Shown in pieces: positions 30,238 through 40,483 of a DNA stretch of 48,083 bases; positions within the stretch are counted from its first letter, which is position 1; each line of letters starts with the position of its first letter. Below the pieces are notes generated by a model, which did no database searches, had not been told where the DNA came from, and saw only the letters and a list, made by a program, of their open reading frames with translations. A program made the translations under genes and the position numbers. The stretch is from an uncultured Candidatus Saccharibacteria bacterium (GTDB lineage: Bacteria; Patescibacteriota; Minisyncoccia; Phycocordibacterales; DATDWN01): positions 1 to 48,083 of the forward strand of contig CAZNUU010000006.1 in NCBI GenBank assembly GCA_964576615.1, given 5' to 3'.

Positions 30238-31071
30238 TTATATGCCTTTATCCGCAAAAAAATTGATTAGATCAAGGTAAGATTGCTGAAAATCAGTAAG
30301 ATGCTGAGCATACATTGTTACACTGGAGAGGGCTTTGACTGGATCATTAATGCCATTTCTCATACCCTCTAAGTTTTCCAGTCCATTACTTACAGAATTG
30401 ACTATCTCTAAGTGAATCTTCACAACTGAACTGGGGGTTTGCATGTAGAGTAGGTCACTTAAGAGTCCTTTTGCGGCAACTACGAACGGGTCTATTTTTG
30501 ATAACTGACTTGGGTCGTTTTGAGTTATTGCGGTGTTTACAATTATAGACGGGTCGCCATCAAGTTTAGAAAGGTTTTTTTTCAAAACTGAGACCATTGT
30601 ATCCCTGTATCTTACTAAATTGTCACGGCTATTATTTTGGTCAATATGAAGGTTTGATTCTGAGTAGGTTGCTCCTGTTCCTTTGGTATAATTTGGAGAG
30701 GAAAGCACACTTTGAGCTATTTGGTCAGCAGTATTTGTATTTACCGGCTGGCCTCCCTTTGCTGAAAGTATGTATCTGGAGAAAATATCAATAGCCAGTT
30801 GACCGGTTAGGGTATTGTCCTGAAGAACTTTTGAATCAACTTCATTTTTTTTAGTTAAGTCAACTATCGGTTCATTTTTTGTATTGACGTTGACTAGCAG
30901 TTTCTTCCAATCATCATTTGTGTTCTTGCCTGAATCTGCGTAATTAATTGAAATAAGATTTTGAGTAGCTTTTTCTTTTGGAACGATCGTTTTTTGGTTA
31001 TTAAGTAGCCACACTGAAATTATAACAGCAGTTGATAAAACCAAAATTGATAGGACTTTATTACCAGGCAT
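30238..31071 (-). CDS. Membrane-anchored hypothetical protein
   Basis: N-terminal TM, helical remainder, 277 aa. Confidence 0.8.
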   Translation of the reverse strand: MPGNKVLSILVLSTAVIISVWLLNNQKTIVPKEKATQNLISINYADSGKNTNDDWKKLLVNVNTKNEPIVDLTKKNEVDSKVLQDNTLTGQLAIDIFSRYILSAKGGQPVNTNTADQIAQSVLSSPNYTKGTGATYSESNLHIDQNNSRDNLVRYRDTMVSVLKKNLSKLDGDPSIIVNTAITQNDPSQLSKIDPFVVAAKGLLSDLLYMQTPSSVVKIHLEIVNSVSNGLENLEGMRNGINDPVKALSSVTMYAQHLTDFQQSYLDLINFFADKGI

Positions 31072-31099
31072 TTTGTTAATTATATCATATTTTGAATTA

Positions 31100-32716
31100 C
31101 TACTTGAGAGTGTAAATAAATACGGAAAGTATCAAAAAACAAAAAGCTAATACGAATATATATTTTTCCCTGTAATTTTTTTTAACTACAAAATAGTATC
31201 CTAAAATTGCTGCCGGGATCGATGCGGCATAAAGCCTGTTTAAATTAAGTAGGGTAGGTATTAGGAGGAAACTTAAGGCCAGTAATACACCTACAATTTC
31301 CTTCCCCTTTTTTGTAAAAACCACAGGTAAGGTTTTTACGCCATCTTTTGTATCTCCTTCTATATCTTTTATATCCCGAATGTTAGTACCCAAAGTGAAA
31401 ATTAATATTATGAGAAAAGATAAATTAAGAGGAAAAGCTCTGATGTCTCTATTTGCGGAGATAAAAAAGAATCCGCCCATTACTGTGGCTAGACAGGCTA
31501 AACTAATGATAAATGAGGATAAAATCGTAACTCTTTTTAGTCGCAGTGGTTCCGAAGAGTAAATATAAGATAAGGCAACGAAAACTAAATTCATAAAAAA
31601 AGCATACAGGCTCACAAACCAGCTACTTAAAAGTGAAATAACTAAAAAAATAAAGGCGATTTTCCACATTTCGGCTTCGGTCAAGTCGCCATTTACCAAG
31701 GGTCGGTCTGGATTTGATACCTGGTCAGTACCAATATCAAAAATATCATTTATTTGGACTGCAAACAGCCATACACATGACCAGGAAAGCATTAAACATA
31801 TAAGAGTCAAAATATCTACCCAAGATAAAAAGTGGCCATAGCCCTTTTCCACTCCATAACCGACGCCCAAGAGAAGCAAAACAAGATAGAAAATAATTCT
31901 TTCTACCCTAGCGTTTTTTAATACAGCTTTAAACTTTTCTTTCTCTGTTTGCCAGAAGTAAAGTCCCAGAAATATAAATGAAAAAATAAAAAGTATCTGA
32001 GAGAGCAATTTATCGAAGGCAAGCTGGACATATTTTGTAAGTGAGTTAGAAACCACGCCTTCATTTAAGGTGTTGTGACTTAAGTTGGAGCGATATAGAA
32101 GCTGTGTAATATAGCCGATGGTGTAATCTGGGCTAGATCCGTGAAAATATTTCAGGGTATAAATTATTCCCGGCAATGAACCGATGATAAAAAGAAGAGC
32201 ATAACAAAGAATAACTGCTAAGAAGGTTTTTTTATAATTTTTACTACTCAAATACACAAGATATCCAACTCCGGCTAAAACGACTGCAATTTCAAAACGT
32301 ATACCCAAAGTTGCCCCAAACTCAAAATTTTTCCCGAAGAAAGTTATGAAGTTGTAGAGAATGGAAACTCCGGAATCAAAAAGATAAGCCAGGGTATTTC
32401 CTTTGCCACCGCTTAGGATCACATCTAAGCTGGGGCCGAGCCAGATTATTGGTAATCCGAAAAGAACGAGTTTGCTAGTGCCCCTATAATCTTTAGTTAG
32501 GGAACCAATGATGAGCATGAACCCAACTGCTATACAGAAAAAAAGTATCCAAAAATGAGATATCGCGTATAAGTCAAGGGATAAATCCCCTGGTCTGGAT
32601 GGACTAAATAAAGATTCGAGAAAAAACCTAATCAAAACTATTGCACTGAACGAAGAAAACCACGCAAAGAGACTTATATTTGTTCTTTTTATCTTCTCAA
32701 TAAGCTCTTCTATCAT
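31100..32716 (-). CDS. UbiA-family prenyltransferase with long N-terminal membrane extension
   Basis: NDIFDIGTD...RPL, YSSEPLRLKR, RDIKDIEGD...KTLP motifs in the C-terminal half. Confidence 0.9.
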   Translation of the reverse strand: MIEELIEKIKRTNISLFAWFSSFSAIVLIRFFLESLFSPSRPGDLSLDLYAISHFWILFFCIAVGFMLIIGSLTKDYRGTSKLVLFGLPIIWLGPSLDVILSGGKGNTLAYLFDSGVSILYNFITFFGKNFEFGATLGIRFEIAVVLAGVGYLVYLSSKNYKKTFLAVILCYALLFIIGSLPGIIYTLKYFHGSSPDYTIGYITQLLYRSNLSHNTLNEGVVSNSLTKYVQLAFDKLLSQILFIFSFIFLGLYFWQTEKEKFKAVLKNARVERIIFYLVLLLLGVGYGVEKGYGHFLSWVDILTLICLMLSWSCVWLFAVQINDIFDIGTDQVSNPDRPLVNGDLTEAEMWKIAFIFLVISLLSSWFVSLYAFFMNLVFVALSYIYSSEPLRLKRVTILSSFIISLACLATVMGGFFFISANRDIRAFPLNLSFLIILIFTLGTNIRDIKDIEGDTKDGVKTLPVVFTKKGKEIVGVLLALSFLLIPTLLNLNRLYAASIPAAILGYYFVVKKNYREKYIFVLAFCFLILSVFIYTLK

Positions 32717-33492
32717 TAATCTATTTTATTACAAAGGAGAAGCCATGTCTTAAGAGGCAAATCCTCCGCTCTTACCTGAGGGTCAATTCCAAGATCTTTA
32801 AAGCATTTTATAAGATAGTTTTTGTCATACACTCCTGAGAGATTCGACACAAGCTGTTTTCGTTTGTGACCAAATCCCGTGTGGAGAATTTTAAAAAACT
32901 TCTTTTCATCCAGACTACCCAGTTTTTTTCTAGAAATTTCTTCAATGTTTAATATGGTCGAATCAACTTTGGGCATTGGAGCAAACGATCCTCTCGGTAT
33001 TTTCTTTACAAATCTTGGGTTTCCGAAAATTTTTACTGAAATTGAAAGTATAGACTCTTTCCCGTCTCTAGCGATGATCCTATCGGTTACTTCTTTTTGA
33101 GTCAGTATGGTCATTTGTTCTGGTTGGTTATCACTTTCCAGAAAAAGTCTTAAAATTTTGCCTGTAATGTAATACGGAATATTTGCCACAACTTTGTAAG
33201 GTGTTCCAAGATTTTTTAGGTCGAATTTTAGTATATCTCCTTCGATTATTTTCAATTTTTTATCTTCAATTTCGCTTTTGAATTTTTCTTCAAGTATGGG
33301 AATTAGATTTCTATCTTTTTCTACTGCTATTACTTTTGCCTTGGCCGACAATAATTTTTGACTTAGGGCTCCATGTCCTGGGCCTATCTCCAAGACAGTC
33401 TCACCCGGTTTTATCTTGGCCGACTTCACCATATTCTCGAGTGCTGGCTCTGATTTAAGGAAGTGTTGCCCTAGGGATTTTTTAGCCTTCAT
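32716..33492 (-). CDS. rsmA: 16S rRNA m6(2)A dimethyltransferase
   Basis: KKSLGQHFL, LEIGPGHG, VANIPYYI, PKVDS. Confidence 0.97.
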   Translation of the reverse strand: MKAKKSLGQHFLKSEPALENMVKSAKIKPGETVLEIGPGHGALSQKLLSAKAKVIAVEKDRNLIPILEEKFKSEIEDKKLKIIEGDILKFDLKNLGTPYKVVANIPYYITGKILRLFLESDNQPEQMTILTQKEVTDRIIARDGKESILSISVKIFGNPRFVKKIPRGSFAPMPKVDSTILNIEEISRKKLGSLDEKKFFKILHTGFGHKRKQLVSNLSGVYDKNYLIKCFKDLGIDPQVRAEDLPLKTWLLLCNKID

Positions 33493-33493
33493 A

Positions 33494-35425
33494 CTAGAAA
33501 TCTATACTATAAGCTGATTCAACGCCAAATAGACTTTTCTCTTTATCTATATATTTTTCTGAAATATCTGCGATAAACTCCGAAGACAGATTTGCTCCAA
33601 GAGAACCGAATATGGTCCTAAATTCTGCCCAGGTGAGATAAAGTTTTTTTCTAGCTCTAGTTAGTGCTACATAAAACAACCTTCTTTCCTCCTCGCGATC
33701 TTCAGCTTTCTTTTTTTCGCGTTCACTTTTGCTGTGAGGGAAGAGTCCATCCTCCAGGCCCGAGATAAAAACATAATCGAACTCTAATCCTTTGGCAGAA
33801 TGGACTGTCATTAGTTTTACCCCCTTTTTTGTTCCATCTAAAACGTCCTGATCAGATGTAAGTGCTGTGTCAGTTAAGAATTTTTCCATCCCTTCCGGAA
33901 TTTCAAAAATATCGTATTCCTTTGCTAGACTCACTAACTCCCTAATATTTTCTAGTCGATCCGTGTCTTCTTCTGAGCCCGTGTCATAGATTTTTTCCAT
34001 ACCAGATTTTTGGATTATTTCTTTTATTGCTTCGCTAGGTCTCTTACTTTCTAGATTTTCCTTGAAGTTATCTAACATTTCTCGAAAAAAATTTATTTTG
34101 CTCTTTATGTTTTCCGGAAGCTCATTTTCTTTTCCTTCGATTATTTTTTTCAGGGTTACCTTGCCAATACCGCGAGGTGGAATGTTAATTATCCTGGTCA
34201 AATCAATAATATTTTCTCTGTTTAGCGAGGCTTTGATGAAGCTAATTACATCTTTTATCTCTTTTCTTTCAAAAAATTTTGTACCAAGCATTTGATATGG
34301 TATGGCATAGGACAGGAAAGCCTCTTCCAAAACCCTTGATTGAAAATTAGCCCTATAAAGTACAGCAATTTCTTCGTCTGGAACGGAAAGTGAGATAAGC
34401 TCCTTGGCTTTTAGGGCGATAAAATGAGCTTCCTCTGTCTCATTTCTGGCCTTAAAAAGGCTTATTTTTTCACCAACCTCATTTTCGGTGTAAAGTTTTT
34501 TTGGAATACGAAAGTTATTCTTTTCAATAATCTGGTTTGCTACGGATAGGATGTTTTGGGTGGAGCGATAGTTTTGCTCCAGGAAAAAAGTTTTAAGTTC
34601 AGGATAGATTTTTTCAAAATGAAGCATATTTTTAATTTCTGCACCTCTCCAGCTATAAATATTTTGATCAGTGTCACCCACCACACAGATATTTCTATAC
34701 TTCTTTGCTAAAAGTTCGGCGATTTTATGCTGAACGGTGTTTGTGTCTTGGTATTCATCGATATGAATATACAAAAATCTCTCATGGTATTTATCTAGAG
34801 TTTCTGGTTTTCGTAATATTTCCAGCGCTTTAAGTAATAGATCGTCAAAATCAAGTGATTTTTCTTTTTTTAGAATCTCTTCATACTTACTCCACCCTTT
34901 TTTTACTAAATCTCCGGTGAAATCATAACGGTCTCGCTCCAAGTAAGTTTCAAGACTTACCCCCGCTCCTTTTTCTTTAGAAATAATACTTCTTATTTTT
35001 TCTAGATGCTCTTTTGGATCGATACCAAGGGATACCAGTGCATCTTTTAGGATTTTTTTACTATCGGACTTATCCAGGATACCAAAATGTTTTGGTAAAT
35101 TTAAGACTTGTGCATTGTTTCTTATTATTTCTACACCCAAGGAGTGAAATGTGCTTACAAAAGGCAATTTATTAGAAAATTGACGGGAGTTGTGCTCATA
35201 ACCCAGCATTTTTAAAACCCTGTCGCGCATCTCCTTGGCTGCTTTGTTGGTAAATGTAATTGCCAATATTTTTTCGGCTGGAACTCCAGTTTGGATAAGG
35301 TGAAAAATGCGATGAGTAATAGTCTTTGTCTTCCCAGCGCCCGCTCCAGCTACAATTAAGACTGGTCCAACGGTCTCAGTTGCTGCGTTTCTTTGTTCCG
35401 GGTTTAGTGAATCGAGGTAGTTCAT
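33494..35425 (-). CDS. pcrA: UvrD/PcrA family DNA helicase
   Basis: AGAGAGKT, TFTNKAA, DEYQDTN, VGD.DQ.IY.WRGA, QNYRS, TVHSAKGLEF, EERRLFYVA.TRA. Confidence 0.95.
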   Translation of the reverse strand: MNYLDSLNPEQRNAATETVGPVLIVAGAGAGKTKTITHRIFHLIQTGVPAEKILAITFTNKAAKEMRDRVLKMLGYEHNSRQFSNKLPFVSTFHSLGVEIIRNNAQVLNLPKHFGILDKSDSKKILKDALVSLGIDPKEHLEKIRSIISKEKGAGVSLETYLERDRYDFTGDLVKKGWSKYEEILKKEKSLDFDDLLLKALEILRKPETLDKYHERFLYIHIDEYQDTNTVQHKIAELLAKKYRNICVVGDTDQNIYSWRGAEIKNMLHFEKIYPELKTFFLEQNYRSTQNILSVANQIIEKNNFRIPKKLYTENEVGEKISLFKARNETEEAHFIALKAKELISLSVPDEEIAVLYRANFQSRVLEEAFLSYAIPYQMLGTKFFERKEIKDVISFIKASLNRENIIDLTRIINIPPRGIGKVTLKKIIEGKENELPENIKSKINFFREMLDNFKENLESKRPSEAIKEIIQKSGMEKIYDTGSEEDTDRLENIRELVSLAKEYDIFEIPEGMEKFLTDTALTSDQDVLDGTKKGVKLMTVHSAKGLEFDYVFISGLEDGLFPHSKSEREKKKAEDREEERRLFYVALTRARKKLYLTWAEFRTIFGSLGANLSSEFIADISEKYIDKEKSLFGVESAYSIDF

Positions 35426-35432
35426 GGCTGGT

Positions 35433-36092
35433 TTAAATAACTACAGCAAAATTTACCAAAACAGATAAAATAAAGTGTAACAATGCCGATGGCAAAAAAG
35501 ATTTTGTTTTAATGGATACATAACCCATGACAATACTGTAAAAAAAGGCAAAAAATATCTCGGGCAAGGGTCTAGTTAAATGTAAAAGAGAAAAAATTAT
35601 TGCAGAAATTAGGATACTATTTAGCTTCACTTTCTCCCACAAGGAAAAAAGTAAGAAACCCCTAAATAGGAATTCCTCAGAAAGATAATACAAAAATGCA
35701 GTTAGGTTAAAAATTATTAATGAAGCTGACATTTTTTGCCAGTAAAGAGAATAGTAGTTCTGAATGGAGGCTTGTTTCAAGAGAAAGTATAGAGCCAATA
35801 GTATTGTAAGTGTAATTAAAAAAATCTCCGCTTTCTTGAGGCCGTTTTGAGGTAATTTGAATCCAAAATCAGATAAATTCTTTCCCCAGACTCTTTTTAT
35901 TATGAGTGCTGGGATAAGAAACATAAAAAGAAAGCCACTAAGGGATAACGTAACAAGAGGTGTTACCCCATTTGTGGGTAATTTCAGGCTTTGATATACA
36001 AGGACGAAGGGATAGGAGCTTAAAATTGCCAGTATTAAGCATACAGATATAACTCCAAATGGTTTATCAATGTATTTTCTTAGGTAATCCAC
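35433..36092 (-). CDS. CPBP (Abi/CAAX) intramembrane metalloprotease
   Basis: EEFLFRG, FSLLH and C-terminal His motif in a polytopic protein. Confidence 0.9.
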   Translation of the reverse strand: MDYLRKYIDKPFGVISVCLILAILSSYPFVLVYQSLKLPTNGVTPLVTLSLSGFLFMFLIPALIIKRVWGKNLSDFGFKLPQNGLKKAEIFLITLTILLALYFLLKQASIQNYYSLYWQKMSASLIIFNLTAFLYYLSEEFLFRGFLLFSLWEKVKLNSILISAIIFSLLHLTRPLPEIFFAFFYSIVMGYVSIKTKSFLPSALLHFILSVLVNFAVVI

Positions 36093-36377
36093 GTGGCGAT
36101 TATATCATGGCTTGTAACTGACTAATTTTTTCCTAATTTTTGACAAAATAACCTGTTTACAGCCTGTGTGTAATTTATGTTGACCACATGAAGTGAGAAT
36201 AGATATAATTTATACAATACTGAGATGTTGTAAATATATGGCTCTGTGAAGCCATTTATTTATTCTGAAATTCTGAATTGTCATAATTTTAGTTTTATCT
36301 TAGGTTTCAAAAATGATCCTAAGTCTGAGCCAGGTCTTAAAAGCATTCACTCCAGTTTCATAAGAAAAATAAGAGGA

Positions 36378-37403
36378 ATGGGATTTGGCAAGGCAGCGGT
36401 GAACATAGTTTCTCTTTTTCTAATAAATCCGCTTATCTTAAGCCTGTTTTTTACGCCTGTTTTAGTTGAGGCCTGTGGTTTTTTTGATATTCTTTCCTGT
36501 TTTTCGGGTTCTACCAGGGTTGAAGCTGAAGAAATCCAATCCAATTCCCAGACTATGGCTCTGCTTCAGGCTACGATTTCCCCAAATCAAAATGCCAGTA
36601 CATCGGGAGAGTCTTTGGCAATAGTGGGTGGTACCTCTCTTTCCCCCGAAGTTCAAATGCCTGCGGATAAATCTCTGGATGATGATCAAATTAGCATCTA
36701 TGTGGTAAGAGATGGGGATACTTTACCTGCGATTGCAAAAATGTTTGGGGTTTCAGTTAACACTATTCGTTGGAGTAACAATTTAAATGGCAACTCCATT
36801 ACTCCAGGTCAAAAATTAGTAATTTTACCTATCTCCGGAGTCCAGCATACGGTTAAATCAGGAGATACACTCCTAAGTATAGCTAAGTTATACAAAGGAG
36901 ATTTGGATGAAATTCTTCAATATAACAATCTTAGTAAAAATTCAAAGTTATCTGTGGGCGATATCATTATTATTCCAGACGGAGAAGTTAGTGTCTCTTC
37001 ATCTCCAAAATACAACGGTTCTGGTGTAGGTAAATCCGGTCCGTCTTACCCAGTTTATGAAGGTTATTACATGCGACCAATCATCGGGGGCATAAAAACT
37101 CAGGGAATTCATGGTCACAATGGTGTAGATCTTGCCTCCTCTTACGGAGCAAATATCCTTGCCTCAGCAGAAGGTGATGTAATTATTTCCAAAAATTATG
37201 GTTGGAACGGCGGTTACGGTTCTTACATAGTTATTAAGCACGGAAATGGGACTCAGACACTTTATGGCCACTTGAGTGCAACATTAGTTTCAGTGGGAGA
37301 TCACGTAAGTCAGGGGCAGGTCATTGGCCGAATGGGTGCAACGGGAAAAGCCACTGGCGTACATCTACACTTTGAAATCCGTGGCGCAAAAAATCCTTTT
37401 TAG
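36378..37403 (+). CDS. LysM-domain M23 peptidase
   Basis: Two LysM repeats (YVVRDGDTL, HTVKSGDTL), HNGVD and HLHFE M23 motifs; start uncertain (ATG 36378 after GAGGA). Confidence 0.93.
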   Translation: MGFGKAAVNIVSLFLINPLILSLFFTPVLVEACGFFDILSCFSGSTRVEAEEIQSNSQTMALLQATISPNQNASTSGESLAIVGGTSLSPEVQMPADKSLDDDQISIYVVRDGDTLPAIAKMFGVSVNTIRWSNNLNGNSITPGQKLVILPISGVQHTVKSGDTLLSIAKLYKGDLDEILQYNNLSKNSKLSVGDIIIIPDGEVSVSSSPKYNGSGVGKSGPSYPVYEGYYMRPIIGGIKTQGIHGHNGVDLASSYGANILASAEGDVIISKNYGWNGGYGSYIVIKHGNGTQTLYGHLSATLVSVGDHVSQGQVIGRMGATGKATGVHLHFEIRGAKNPF

Positions 37404-37416
37404 ATATAATTAATTT

Positions 37417-37563
37417 ATGAAAAAGATAGATGCAGTTTTGGATATCGTCTTGCCATTAGTAATCCTTTACTTTGGTTACAGTCAAGGAGGACTATACGGC
37501 AACGCGACAGCCATATTTGCTTTAGTTATTTTGGTTTACGAATTGGCCACTTTCAAGCGCTAA
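37417..37563 (+). CDS. Small two-TM membrane protein (48 aa, below ORF-track cutoff)
   Basis: MKKIDAVLDIVLPLVILYFGYSQGGLYGNATAIFALVILVYELATFKR fills the gap between the M23 gene and the comM stop. Confidence 0.65.
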   Translation: MKKIDAVLDIVLPLVILYFGYSQGGLYGNATAIFALVILVYELATFKR

Positions 37564-39138
37564 TCAAATTGCTTGATATTTTTTCGGTCTATATTGAAGA
37601 GCTTCTAAGATATGATTCTCTTCGATGTTTTCTTTTCTTTCCAAGTCAGCAATTGTTCGGGCAATCTTAATTATCCTGTGATAGGAGCGGGCAGAAAGGT
37701 CCAATTGTTTTGCCGATCTATTTAGAAGCTCCTTTACATTGTCACTGAGTACAATATTTTTTACTAAATCTCTAGCGCTAAGTTCTGCATTAGTTTTTAT
37801 CTTGAGTTTTTTCTTTTTATATCTTGTTTCTTGAATTTTTCTCGCATTCTCTACTCGAGGTCTGATTTTCTCTGTGCTTTCGTGAAGTTCTCTCGCGTCT
37901 ATTAATCTCTGGTGCTCAACTTTCGAGACTTCAACCCAAAGATCTATTCGATCCACGATCGGACCAGACAATTTTCTTTTGTATCTCTCTATATTTATGG
38001 CGGAACACGTGCATTCTTTACCTTTAACTCCATAATTTCCACAGGGACACGGGTTCATAGTTGCTATTAAAACAAAATGTGCAGGATATTTAACTGAACC
38101 TTTGGCTCGCGAGACGGTTACCTCCCTATCTTCTAGTGGCTGACGCAAACTCTCCAGAACTTTTTTATCAAATTCTGGAAATTCATCTAAAAATAGTACC
38201 CCTTTATGTGCCAAAGTTACTTCACCTGGTTTCAGGTTTGCTCCTCCCCCAACGATTGATACATAAGAGGCCGTATGATGGGGTGATCTAAATGGCGGAT
38301 ACTCCATAAGGGAGTCATTTAGTATTCCTCCAATCGAATAGATTCCGGTTACTTCCAATTTTTCATCAAAGGAAAGTGGTGGCAGAAGGTAGGTAAATGC
38401 TTTAGCTAGCATTGTCTTACCTGTGCCAGGTGGTCCATACATAATTATGTTGTGTCCGCCTGCGGCTGCAATTTCTAGTCCTCTTTTTGCTGCCTCCTGG
38501 CCCTTAACATCTGCAAAATCAAGTTCGACATCAAGTTTTTTTGTTTTTGTTTTTTTATTTACAAATGGTTTTAATTCGTTATACTCTAAAGTATTTTCAG
38601 CCTCCTTACCTGGAATATTTTTTGTATTTATATGCCTAATAACATCAAGTAATGTTTCTGCACCATAGACTTTTATCCCAGAGATGTTTGCTGCTTCGGA
38701 AGCGTTTTCCTTGGGTAAGAAAATTTCTTTAAATCCAAGTTTCTTTGCTTTCTGGGTAATTGGCAAGGCCCCTTTAATTGGTCTAAGTTTTCCATCCAAA
38801 GATAATTCTCCTACAAACAGTCTACTTTTAAAATCAGCTTCTATATCTTCCGAAGCGATTAAATAAGCTAAAGCAATTGGTAAGTCAAAAACTGGTCCTT
38901 CTTTTTTCAAATCTGCCGGCGCTAGGGAGACAACAACTTTTTGATTTTTATTTTTGGGTGACTTAAAGCCGGAGTTTTTAATAGCCGCAGAAACTCTGTC
39001 CTTTGATTCATCAACTGATTTGTCGGCTAATCCCACAATTGAAAAGGAATGCAGTCCTCGAGATAAATCGACCTCTATATCTATAATCTGGGCATTAAGG
39101 AGATTGGCTTGGGCTGAATATATTTTGGAGACAGCCAT
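37564..39138 (-). CDS. comM: YifB/ComM Mg-chelatase-like AAA+ ATPase
   Basis: LAPADLKKEG, GPPGTGKTMLA, PFRSPHH, PGEVTLAH.GVLFLDE, MNPCPCG. Confidence 0.95.
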   Translation of the reverse strand: MAVSKIYSAQANLLNAQIIDIEVDLSRGLHSFSIVGLADKSVDESKDRVSAAIKNSGFKSPKNKNQKVVVSLAPADLKKEGPVFDLPIALAYLIASEDIEADFKSRLFVGELSLDGKLRPIKGALPITQKAKKLGFKEIFLPKENASEAANISGIKVYGAETLLDVIRHINTKNIPGKEAENTLEYNELKPFVNKKTKTKKLDVELDFADVKGQEAAKRGLEIAAAGGHNIIMYGPPGTGKTMLAKAFTYLLPPLSFDEKLEVTGIYSIGGILNDSLMEYPPFRSPHHTASYVSIVGGGANLKPGEVTLAHKGVLFLDEFPEFDKKVLESLRQPLEDREVTVSRAKGSVKYPAHFVLIATMNPCPCGNYGVKGKECTCSAINIERYKRKLSGPIVDRIDLWVEVSKVEHQRLIDARELHESTEKIRPRVENARKIQETRYKKKKLKIKTNAELSARDLVKNIVLSDNVKELLNRSAKQLDLSARSYHRIIKIARTIADLERKENIEENHILEALQYRPKKYQAI

Positions 39139-39149
39139 AATGCCAAATT

Positions 39150-39506
39150 CTAGCTATTCATATGAGCTTTGCAAGTCTTGGCCGCAGGGTTTGCTTCTAG
39201 CCTATCTTCCTCGATTGTCTCTCCACCCACTTCACATTTCCCGTATGTTCCCTTTTCTATTTTATCAAGCGCGGATTTGACCTCTTGTAGTCTGGTCTCG
39301 AGCTGAGCGACAACTGCGCTGTTTTTCTCGTATTCTTCAATGCCCTCGGCTACATCACCTTCTTCTGCCGTGTCTGTTACCACGTTACCTTCAACTGCTT
39401 CCCAGTCAGAATTTCTTGGGTTTTTTCTACCAACGGTTGAAAGTTCATTCTCTAAAATGTTTTTTTCCTTGACCAAAAGTTCTTTAAAATGTTCCGTTTT
39501 TATCAT
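39150..39506 (-). CDS. DksA/TraR-family protein with degenerate zinc finger
   Basis: Coiled coil then AL.KI.KGTYGKCEVGGETIEEDRLEANPAAKTCKAH. Confidence 0.88.
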   Translation of the reverse strand: MIKTEHFKELLVKEKNILENELSTVGRKNPRNSDWEAVEGNVVTDTAEEGDVAEGIEEYEKNSAVVAQLETRLQEVKSALDKIEKGTYGKCEVGGETIEEDRLEANPAAKTCKAHMNS

Positions 39507-39542
39507 GCTGTCATTTTAGCAAAGGAGCGACTTTAGGCAAAT

Positions 39543-40409
39543 TTACTTAGCTTGTTTGCTTATCTGGTATTTCCCAACTATTGCTGAAAAAATATTTTCG
39601 TTTTTTGTTATTACCAAAGTTTTTCTGTTTATGAAAGAATAAAGGAGCTGTGTTTTTCTAGAATCATCTTGCAAAACTCGTAAATCGTAATTCTTTATTG
39701 ATTTATCTACAAAAGTGAGAGTACTCGAGGCGTTGCCAGTTATGGAAAATATCTTTCTAAGATCGTAAACAATACTTCCCTCCCACCTTAGCATGCCGGA
39801 GTAACTCAAGGCGTAATCATTAGTAGTTAAAATAACAAATGGTTCGTTGGTATCGTAGGAATAAATACCAAACATGTAACTACCCTCAAAGGATCTCTCT
39901 AGAGAAGGAGGCATGTTGGGAAAAAGTAAGTGCAATACATCTGAGATGTCAGCTTGCTTACCTAAATCTCCCACATAGTTTATATATAGTACTGAATTGA
40001 TCGGTAAATTGAACGATTTTTTCTCGGATACAATTTCGTCTACTAACGCTGCATTATTTTTTCCCGCGATAGGAATGTCAACATTTTTGGAATAAGCAAT
40101 AAGAGTTTGAGGTTTTTCAACCAGCTGCTTGTCTTGGTTTGAGCGCCAGAAATAAACTCCGGTAACAGTGCCTATCCCAAGTATAAAAAGTAAGATAGAA
40201 CCATAAATATAAATATTTTTGTGGCTTTTTTCCTCCGGTATTTTTACTAGTTCGGGTTTTTCCTCCCTTCTTTTTTGTTCTGCCAGGGCAATAGTGGAAG
40301 CCGAAAATTTTTGTTTTGCAATTGCTTCTTCAACGTCTCCGGCAAAGGTACGCAGAGACTTTATTGGTTTTCTTTCATCCTTGTTTTCTGGAGAGCTTTG
40401 TGGAGGCAT
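39543..40409 (-). CDS. Bitopic membrane hypothetical protein
   Basis: 288 aa, single TM at about residues 66-88. Confidence 0.85.
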   Translation of the reverse strand: MPPQSSPENKDERKPIKSLRTFAGDVEEAIAKQKFSASTIALAEQKRREEKPELVKIPEEKSHKNIYIYGSILLFILGIGTVTGVYFWRSNQDKQLVEKPQTLIAYSKNVDIPIAGKNNAALVDEIVSEKKSFNLPINSVLYINYVGDLGKQADISDVLHLLFPNMPPSLERSFEGSYMFGIYSYDTNEPFVILTTNDYALSYSGMLRWEGSIVYDLRKIFSITGNASSTLTFVDKSIKNYDLRVLQDDSRKTQLLYSFINRKTLVITKNENIFSAIVGKYQISKQAK

Positions 40410-40483
40410 CTAAAATATTTTAACAAAAAAAGCCATTCCCTACGAGATTGTAGGTATGACTCGCTTTTGCGAGCCATTTTATT

